From Gammaproteobacteria bacterium (lineage in GTDB: Bacteria; Pseudomonadota; Gammaproteobacteria; UBA4575): a stretch of 64,000 bases of DNA. The position numbers and the translations under genes were made by a program. Under the pieces are notes generated by a model. That model did not search any database and was not told where the DNA came from. It saw only the letters and a program-made list of their open reading frames with translations. Below, in pieces: positions 57,353 to 64,000 of this stretch; positions within the stretch are counted from its first letter, which is position 1, and the number at the start of each line of letters is the position of its first letter. The DNA lies in contig OZ243969.1 in NCBI GenBank assembly GCA_965214675.1, positions 1,797,511-1,861,510 of the forward strand. The letters are read 5' to 3'.

Positions 57353-58708
57353 TTAAAACGTGTTGATATATGCAACCAGGTCATTGATTTTCTTATCATT
57401 CAGACTGAGCACCATGGACTCCATTTGTCGTCCGGTAGCATCCTGCGGGTGCTGTGCGCCACGTACCCCGTGTTTGAAATTCTTGAGCTGGGTTACCATG
57501 TACCAGTCACTCATGCCGGCAAGACGCGGTGCATTCACAGCCCAGCGGCCTTCACCCTGCTTGCCATGACACTTTCCACATGTAGTGTACAAGTCGCGAC
57601 CATTTTTCACATCGCCCTGGACAGTCTGGGCCGCCGGCTCATCGGGCAAGGTCTGAATGTATGCAGCGATATCTCGAATCAAGGTCTCATTAACCAGCCC
57701 TGCTGCCATCGGTGCCATCTGTTGACCCAGGAGGTCTTCGGGGTTTGAGCCTCGGATGCCGTCCCTGAAATAGGTCAACTGGCGTTCCAAATACCAGTCT
57801 TCCTGACCACTCAGCTTGGGTGCATTAAGTGCTTGAATACCCTCACCCTGTATGCCGTGGCACGCCGCACAAACCTGGTAATGGGCCTTGCCTGCCTCAG
57901 CATGCCCCGGCTTCTGCGCAACCAACATCGCATAGGTAGGTTGATGGGCGAGCCATTCATTAAATTGTTCCTCTTCGACTACGGTGACCTTGCCACGCAT
58001 GGTGTGATGACCGATACCACAAAGTTCTTCACAAAGAATCTCAAAGGTACCGAGACGCGTGGGGGTTAGCCATATCCAGGGAACCATGCCAGGGACCAGG
58101 TCCATCTTCACTCGAAACTGCGGTACTGTGAAATTGTGCAACACATCCTTGGAACGCAGCAGGAACTTGATCGGCAGACCTATCGGAATATGGACTTCGT
58201 TACCTTCGATGAGGACATCATCCTGTCCGTACGGATCTTCTTCGTTCATCCCGAAGGGGTTGTCAATACTGATCTTTCGGTTGTCTGAGGTGCCAAGCTG
58301 CCCGTCCTTGCCGGGGAAACGAAAGCTCCATTGCCACTGTTGCCCGACGACCTCTACAATTGCAGCGTTCTCCGGAGGGGAAACAAATTTGCCCCATACA
58401 ATAAGTCCGGGAGCAAGCATGGCCACCACTCCTACGGTGGTAATTGCAGTTAGCCAGCCTTCCAGTTTTTTGTTTTCAGGTTCGTAGCTGGCACGTTGAT
58501 TCTTGCCTTTGTTACGGTATTTGATAATGCAGTACGCCATGAACAGGTTGGCTGCGACAAAAACCACACCACACACAATGAAGGTGATCGTAACTGTCGT
58601 ATCGATGGCTCCCCAGTTCGAAGCGATTTCCGTGAAGTACCACGGGCTCATGAAATGGAATACAACGGAACCAACTACCAAAAAGATTAATATGATGGCC
58701 ATAGCCAT
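57353..58708 (-). CDS. cytochrome c oxidase subunit II (CoxM-like) fused to two cytochrome c domains
   Basis: CuA motif DVLH...CEELCGIGHHTM; CAACH and CGKCH. Confidence 0.92.
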   Translation of the reverse strand: MAMAIILIFLVVGSVVFHFMSPWYFTEIASNWGAIDTTVTITFIVCGVVFVAANLFMAYCIIKYRNKGKNQRASYEPENKKLEGWLTAITTVGVVAMLAPGLIVWGKFVSPPENAAIVEVVGQQWQWSFRFPGKDGQLGTSDNRKISIDNPFGMNEEDPYGQDDVLIEGNEVHIPIGLPIKFLLRSKDVLHNFTVPQFRVKMDLVPGMVPWIWLTPTRLGTFEILCEELCGIGHHTMRGKVTVVEEEQFNEWLAHQPTYAMLVAQKPGHAEAGKAHYQVCAACHGIQGEGIQALNAPKLSGQEDWYLERQLTYFRDGIRGSNPEDLLGQQMAPMAAGLVNETLIRDIAAYIQTLPDEPAAQTVQGDVKNGRDLYTTCGKCHGKQGEGRWAVNAPRLAGMSDWYMVTQLKNFKHGVRGAQHPQDATGRQMESMVLSLNDKKINDLVAYINTF

Positions 58709-58773
58709 GTTCAAGACTCCTTAGTCATTACAATACGGCGGCTACACTGGATTCAGCAGTGTGCGCATCCGGA

Positions 58774-59676
58774 TTACCAAATAATTCCACCACTGCATCT
58801 ACAGTCCACAAATATCAGGGTGAACAGTCCCAGCAAGTAAAAAATAGAGAAACCGAATAATCTGCGCGTGCTTTGATGCGTAATTGGTTTGCGCGCAAAG
58901 TCTATTGTCAAAAGTAAATACGCCAGTCCTAGTACAACACTGAGCACAAGATAAGTGGGGCCAACCACTTGTAGCCAGTACATGGTGGTACTTACGGGAA
59001 TTAGGACTATCGTGTACAGCAGCATTCGAATCTTCGTGGCCTGTTGCCCATTGGTCACAGGCAGCATGGGGAGCCCTGCCTGGCGGTACTCATCAGCTCG
59101 CAAGAGAGCCAGTGCCCAAAAATGTGGAGGCTGCCAAATGAACATGATCAGAAACATGGCCAATGCTGGCAAGCCCACGTCGTTTGTAACCGCTACCCAG
59201 CCAATGACGGGCGGCAGTGCACCGGCCACACCACCAATTTCAGTGCACAGGGGTGATGAGCGTTTCAGCCATACGGTGTAGATCATCACGTAAAAATAGG
59301 TCGTCGCAGCTGCAAGATATGCTGTCAGGGGGTTCACCAGATAAAAAAGAATTGCAAATGACCACAGACTGAGCATTACGCCCAGCCACAAGGCCTGCTG
59401 CGGATGCAGGCGGTAACAGGGTAATGCGCGCATGCGGGTTCTCGCCATACGCTTATCCACTTCCCTATCTACATAATTGTTGAGTGCACCACTTGCGGAG
59501 GATGCAAGACCCGTTCCCAACAAGGTGAAGATGATCAGATCCAAAGTTACAGCACCATTCCCAGCCAGCCACATCCCTGTAAATGTGGTGACCAGCACAA
59601 GTATGGTGATCCGTGGCTTGCACAACTCAACAAAGTCACTTGCCTGGTCACGTACGGCTGTAATGGTGGCATTCAC
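58774..59676 (-). CDS. cyoE: protohaem IX farnesyltransferase
   Basis: KPRI, NNYVDR.VD..M.RT..R, YT.WLKR, GALPPVIGW, WQPPHF, YRQAGLPMLP. Confidence 0.94.
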   Translation of the reverse strand: MNATITAVRDQASDFVELCKPRITILVLVTTFTGMWLAGNGAVTLDLIIFTLLGTGLASSASGALNNYVDREVDKRMARTRMRALPCYRLHPQQALWLGVMLSLWSFAILFYLVNPLTAYLAAATTYFYVMIYTVWLKRSSPLCTEIGGVAGALPPVIGWVAVTNDVGLPALAMFLIMFIWQPPHFWALALLRADEYRQAGLPMLPVTNGQQATKIRMLLYTIVLIPVSTTMYWLQVVGPTYLVLSVVLGLAYLLLTIDFARKPITHQSTRRLFGFSIFYLLGLFTLIFVDCRCSGGIIW

Positions 59677-60304
59677 TGTTTAAGACACTCCCTTGTGAAC
59701 CGTATGGCACATGAATAAATTTCTCATTGTGAGTTGGCTAGATTGAGATCGTGACTGACCCGTCAGTATGTACAAGGATATTGTGCGGCGATCGTGTTGC
59801 TACTCTGTGTGCTTACGAATTGAACCAAAAATTGTATTGCTGGGGTATTCCCCACTCTCATGTTTGAATCTCAAGGGACTGCTGCCCAATCCCATCAACA
59901 ACAACTGCAAATTGGCATCTTGATGGCCAGTAACAGCCACGGTTGCCCTGGTCGTGCTACCCAACAGAATGGGCATACTACACTATGTAAAATCCAATCG
60001 ACCGCCAAGATACCAAAGTGATCGGGAAAAGGTACCTGCCTGTTATGGATAACCTCTAATTCTACCATATCTTCAGAAAGGGAGATGAAGCGCAGTGCGG
60101 GCCAAAACAGGCAAGTTCCTGGCTCAACCATTGCCGTAGTTCTAGCCAATTTATGTTGACAGATTTCCCCGGAATGTTATTGGTAATAGGAACCATTTAC
60201 AACAATATGCTGATCCCCTGCTGGCAGCAGGGAACCTCAAGATGCATTCGCCGTCACGATCACGGTGACCGGCTATCTCAGTCTGTGCATGACTCATCCT
60301 TTGA

Positions 60305-60610
60305 ATGCCAAAAGTGAAGGAAATTGACCTGCCTCAGTACCTTTGGGAATTCTATCTTGCGTCCGGACCTTCACTGCCCTCAGGTTATGCGCCTAGTGTT
60401 TCTTCGACTGACATGGTGTTTGCCTATCAGGCGGGTGCAGGAGTCAGCTATCAGTTCCGGGACAACCTCGTGTTGTGCCTGGGGTATCGCTACCCGGTCT
60501 CCGACGACCTGAAATTCAAGGGCAGGAGTAATCCTTTTGGCACTACGGTGCACACGAAAACCGACTTCGATGTCCAGTGCATAGAAATTGGTTTCCGATA
60601 CCATTTCTGA
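60305..60610 (+). pseudogene. C-terminal fragment of an outer-membrane beta-barrel protein
   Basis: FAYQAGAGVSY...LGYRY...IEIGFRYHF with terminal Phe, but no signal peptide or N-terminal strands. Confidence 0.6.
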
Positions 60611-60654
60611 GGGCCACAGGGTCTAACAGTTTACCCAACAAGGAGCGTGCTCTT

Positions 60655-61518
60655 TTACTGGATGGCTGGTTGACTTGAGAAGGGTTGGCTGTCACTTGTC
60701 CGCGTTCTCAGTTTCAGGCGCTGCAGGATGGCCGTTGCAATTTCTTCGATCGAGATGGAGGTGCTGTCCAGGAAGGGTGTATTGGCAGCCCTGAAAATAG
60801 CTTCTGCGCGGCGTATTTCGAACTCACATTGCTCCAATGAGGAATACCGGCTGTTTGGTCTCCTTTCCTGGCGGATTTTGTGCAATTCACCGGGTGACAA
60901 GGTGAGTCCGAACAGATGGTCCTGAACGCCCGCGATTGCTCCGGGAAGTGAGCTGCTTTCAAAGTCGGCATCTGCCAGTGGATAATTCGCAGCCTTGAGG
61001 TTGAAATGCATGGCCAGATAGAGGCAGGTTGGCGTTTTCCCGCTTCTCGACACTCCGGTGAGCACGATATCTGCATTCTCCAAATCAGAAATTTTTGTTC
61101 CATCATCGTGGTTGAGCGTAAAATCCAGTGCTTCGATGCGCTGCACATATTTCAGCGGGCTGCCCACTCCGTGGGTTTCGCCCACCATATGCGAAGCATT
61201 CATGCCCAGACGCGATTCCAGTAGCGGGATGAACGTAGAAAAAATATCCAGCACCGGAATGTCATGAGATAAGAAGAGGTGGGTAAGGGACTTGTCCGCA
61301 AGGCTGGTGAACACGATGGGTGGTGTAGGTTCTGAATCCATGATGGTTTTGATATGCGCAATAACGCGCCGCGCCTCCTGTTCACTAGAGACAAATGGAT
61401 AGACCGTTTTGATGAATTCAGTGCCCGGAAACTGCGCAAACAGGGACTGGCCCAGCGATTCGATGGTGATCCCCGTGCTGTCTGAAATAAAAAACACATT
61501 TTGTTTTTTTGTGAGCAT
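60655..61518 (-). CDS. ppsR: PEP synthase regulatory protein (kinase/pyrophosphorylase)
   Basis: FFISDSTGIT, RIEALDFTL.HDDG, GVSRSGKTPT.LYLA, SIEEIA. Confidence 0.94.
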   Translation of the reverse strand: MLTKKQNVFFISDSTGITIESLGQSLFAQFPGTEFIKTVYPFVSSEQEARRVIAHIKTIMDSEPTPPIVFTSLADKSLTHLFLSHDIPVLDIFSTFIPLLESRLGMNASHMVGETHGVGSPLKYVQRIEALDFTLNHDDGTKISDLENADIVLTGVSRSGKTPTCLYLAMHFNLKAANYPLADADFESSSLPGAIAGVQDHLFGLTLSPGELHKIRQERRPNSRYSSLEQCEFEIRRAEAIFRAANTPFLDSTSISIEEIATAILQRLKLRTRTSDSQPFSSQPAIQ

Positions 61519-61536
61519 GTTGTAAATATACCTGAT

Positions 61537-63897
61537 ATGAACCGTTATACGATCAATCTTAGTGAAGTCGGTGCTGAGGATGGGCCTTTGGTGGGAGGCA
61601 AGAATGCCTCTTTGGGTGAGATGATTCAGAACCTGGACACGTTGGGTGTGCAAGTACCCGGTGGATTCGCAACGACATCGGAAGCATTTCACATGTACCT
61701 GGCTGCCAACGGCTTGACCCGGAAAATTGCAGACCAGCTAGAGGCCACGGATGTGGAAGATATTTCCGAGCTGGCCCAGGCGGGGATGAATATACGCGCA
61801 TGGATACTTGATGCTGAGATGCCTGATGAGCTGCATGCCGGGATTACCGAGGCTTATCTGGAGCTCGAGGCTAGTACCCAGCCGGATGTCGCTGTAGCAG
61901 TCCGCTCTTCTGCCACGGCCGAAGATCTGCCGGAAGCCTCTTTTGCAGGTCAGCAGGAGAGCTATCTGAATGTGCGTGGAATCTCAGATGTGCTGGCCGC
62001 GGTCAAGCAGGTGTTCGCATCCCTGTTCAGCGACCGTGCGATCGCATACCGCGAAGAAAAGGGATTCGGGCATGATGGGCTTGCACTTTCGGCCGGTATT
62101 CAGCAGATGGTCCGCAGCGATTTGGCCGCCAGCGGAGTGATGTTTACCTTGGATACAGAATCGGGTTTCAGGGAGGTGGTGTTTATTACCGCCGGTTATG
62201 GGCTTGGGGAAACCATTGTTCAAGGTCAGGTAAACCCTGACGAGTTTTATGTTGCAAAGGCTGCCCTTGCCCGTAAGCACCCTGCCATCATCCGGCGCAC
62301 CTGTGGCAGCAAGTTGCAGAAGATGATCTACAGGAATTCAGGCAGTGGTACGGAAACCGTAGACGTACCGGAATCCCAGCAAAACCTTTTTTGTATCACC
62401 GATGCAGAGATCGAGGCTCTTGCACGGACGGCAGTACTGATCGAGCAGCATTACCAGCGGCCCATGGATATCGAATGGGCCAAGGATGGAGTTAACCAGA
62501 AACTGTACATCGTGCAGGCTCGCCCTGAAACTGTACAGAGCATAGAACGAAAAGTGATCGAGAAATACCTGCTTAAAGAAACGTCACAGGTGCTGGTGAG
62601 TGGCCGAAGCATCGGACAGCGCATCGGTGCAGGCACGGCCAGAGTCATACCTTCGTTGCAGGAAATTGGGCAGTTGCAGGCAGGTGAGGTACTGGTCACG
62701 GACATGACGGACCCTCACTGGGAGCCTGTGATGAAACGCGCAGCAGCCATCGTGACCAATCGTGGCGGGCGTACTTGCCATGCAGCGATCATTGCACGTG
62801 AACTGGGTGTGCCAGCCATCGTCGGGTGCGAGGAGGCCACACGCGCCCTGCAGGCTGCACAGGAGATAACCGTATCTTGTGCACAGGGGGATACAGGCTA
62901 TGTGTATGAGGGCAGGCTTGAATTTGAGATCAGTAAAACCCGACTGGACAGCATGCCTGACATTCCATGCAGGATCATGCTCAATGTCGGCGATCCCGGG
63001 CAGGCCTTTCTTTTTTCACAGACCCCCAATGCCGGTGTCGGTCTTGCCCGCCTGGAATTCATGATCAACAAGACGATCGGTGTGCATCCACGTGCACTGA
63101 TTGATTTTGACCTGCTTCCAGGTGAACTCAAGGCGGCTATTGGTGAACGATGTACTGCTTATGAGGATCCAGAGTCTTTCTATGTGGAAAAGCTGACGGA
63201 GGGCATTGCGACCTTGGCGACTGCATTTGAAGACAAACCTGTCCTCGTCCGCTTGTCGGATTTCAAGTCCAATGAGTATGCAAATCTGCTGGGTGGAAAT
63301 CTGTATGAGCCTTCGGAAGAAAATCCAATGCTCGGGTACCGTGGGTCTTCAAGGTACCTTTCGGAGCAGTTTGCACCTTGTTTTGAACTGGAGTGCCGTG
63401 CCTTGCGCATCGTCCACAATGAGATGGGATTTTCGAACATCCAGATCATGGTGCCCTTTGTACGTACTCTCAAGGAGGCTGAGCGAGTGACTGCGTTGCT
63501 GGCTGAACATGGATTGAAGCGCTCGGAAAACGGGCTCAAGGTGGTGATGATGTGCGAGGTCCCTTCAAACGCGATACTGGCCGAAGAATTTCTGCGCCAT
63601 TTCGACGGATTTTCAATCGGTTCAAATGATCTTACGCAAATGACGCTGGGACTCGATCGGGACTCGGAGCTTGTAGCCGGGCAGTTCGACGAAAGGGATG
63701 CGGCTGTCAGGTCCTTGATTGGCAAGGTAATCCGAACATGCCGGAAAGAAGAGAAGTATGTGGGCATCTGTGGACAGGGGCCCTCGGATTACCCGGATTT
63801 TGCGTATTGGCTGGTTGAGCAGGGCATTGACAGCATCTCGTTGAACCCGGACTCTGTGATTGGTACCTGGATGCACCTTTCAAAATACAGCGGTTGA
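61537..63897 (+). CDS. ppsA: phosphoenolpyruvate synthase
   Basis: VGGKNASLGEM, AVRSSATAEDLP, GGRTCHAAI, EENPMLGYRG, GSNDLTQ, GICGQGPSD. Confidence 0.97.
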   Translation: MNRYTINLSEVGAEDGPLVGGKNASLGEMIQNLDTLGVQVPGGFATTSEAFHMYLAANGLTRKIADQLEATDVEDISELAQAGMNIRAWILDAEMPDELHAGITEAYLELEASTQPDVAVAVRSSATAEDLPEASFAGQQESYLNVRGISDVLAAVKQVFASLFSDRAIAYREEKGFGHDGLALSAGIQQMVRSDLAASGVMFTLDTESGFREVVFITAGYGLGETIVQGQVNPDEFYVAKAALARKHPAIIRRTCGSKLQKMIYRNSGSGTETVDVPESQQNLFCITDAEIEALARTAVLIEQHYQRPMDIEWAKDGVNQKLYIVQARPETVQSIERKVIEKYLLKETSQVLVSGRSIGQRIGAGTARVIPSLQEIGQLQAGEVLVTDMTDPHWEPVMKRAAAIVTNRGGRTCHAAIIARELGVPAIVGCEEATRALQAAQEITVSCAQGDTGYVYEGRLEFEISKTRLDSMPDIPCRIMLNVGDPGQAFLFSQTPNAGVGLARLEFMINKTIGVHPRALIDFDLLPGELKAAIGERCTAYEDPESFYVEKLTEGIATLATAFEDKPVLVRLSDFKSNEYANLLGGNLYEPSEENPMLGYRGSSRYLSEQFAPCFELECRALRIVHNEMGFSNIQIMVPFVRTLKEAERVTALLAEHGLKRSENGLKVVMMCEVPSNAILAEEFLRHFDGFSIGSNDLTQMTLGLDRDSELVAGQFDERDAAVRSLIGKVIRTCRKEEKYVGICGQGPSDYPDFAYWLVEQGIDSISLNPDSVIGTWMHLSKYSG

Positions 63898-64000
63898 ATC
63901 GCAGTTCCCGCAGGGACCTGGGCGTTGCAGATCAGGTCCTTCAATTGGGGGTCCGGCAGTTAACAGATGATTTTGACGCGGCCCGATCTTGAAGCATGAT

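Noticed and set aside
59895-60149. 84-aa ORF upstream of cyoE
   Set aside because: TTG start, no recognisable motifs or RBS; probably non-coding.
1-64000. CRISPR arrays, rRNA, prophage genes, and the many short overlapping ORFs in the track
   Set aside because: No regularly spaced repeats, rRNA or phage hallmark proteins were seen. The short ORFs are antisense or alternate-frame shadows of well-supported genes.

Overview
Chromosomal window from a moderate-GC gammaproteobacterium; the assignment is inferred from gene content and order. (1) 1-24.7 kb is core genome: speA (cut by the window edge), nadA, acyl-CoA ligase, SPOR protein, argS, priA, HNH nuclease, hemH, rpmE, hemW-rdgB-rph/yicC, a cbpA-like pseudogene, degQ-like protease, moaD/moaC, mutY-yggX and tRNA-Phe. 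Two DARS-like DnaA-box clusters lie in this part. (2) 24.7-34.5 kb is a visibly AT-rich island with no integrase, bounded by a 46-bp direct repeat of the tRNA-Phe 3' half. It carries two divergent sigma54/NtrC-type operons. One encodes an NrtABD nitrate/nitrite transporter with an ANTAR-type attenuator. The other encodes an uncharacterised redox chain: NirB-like flavoprotein fused to a bis-His membrane domain, an 11-haem HAO-like cytochrome, a Tll0287-like haem protein, cytochrome c5 and a globin. (3) 34.6-51 kb holds accessory genes, including a Co-type thiocyanate hydrolase cluster (scnBAC, activator, DsrE-like protein, ABC transporter, cbtB), cynS, a CynR-like LysR regulator, cbtBA and an AlgE-like porin. 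Three promoters there share a LysR operator. (4) 51-60 kb is a coxMNOP-type haem-copper oxidase operon followed by PmoD/AmoD-like, YtkA/FixH-like and MauG-type genes. (5) ppsR/ppsA. All product calls come from motif recognition by eye; no database searches were run.
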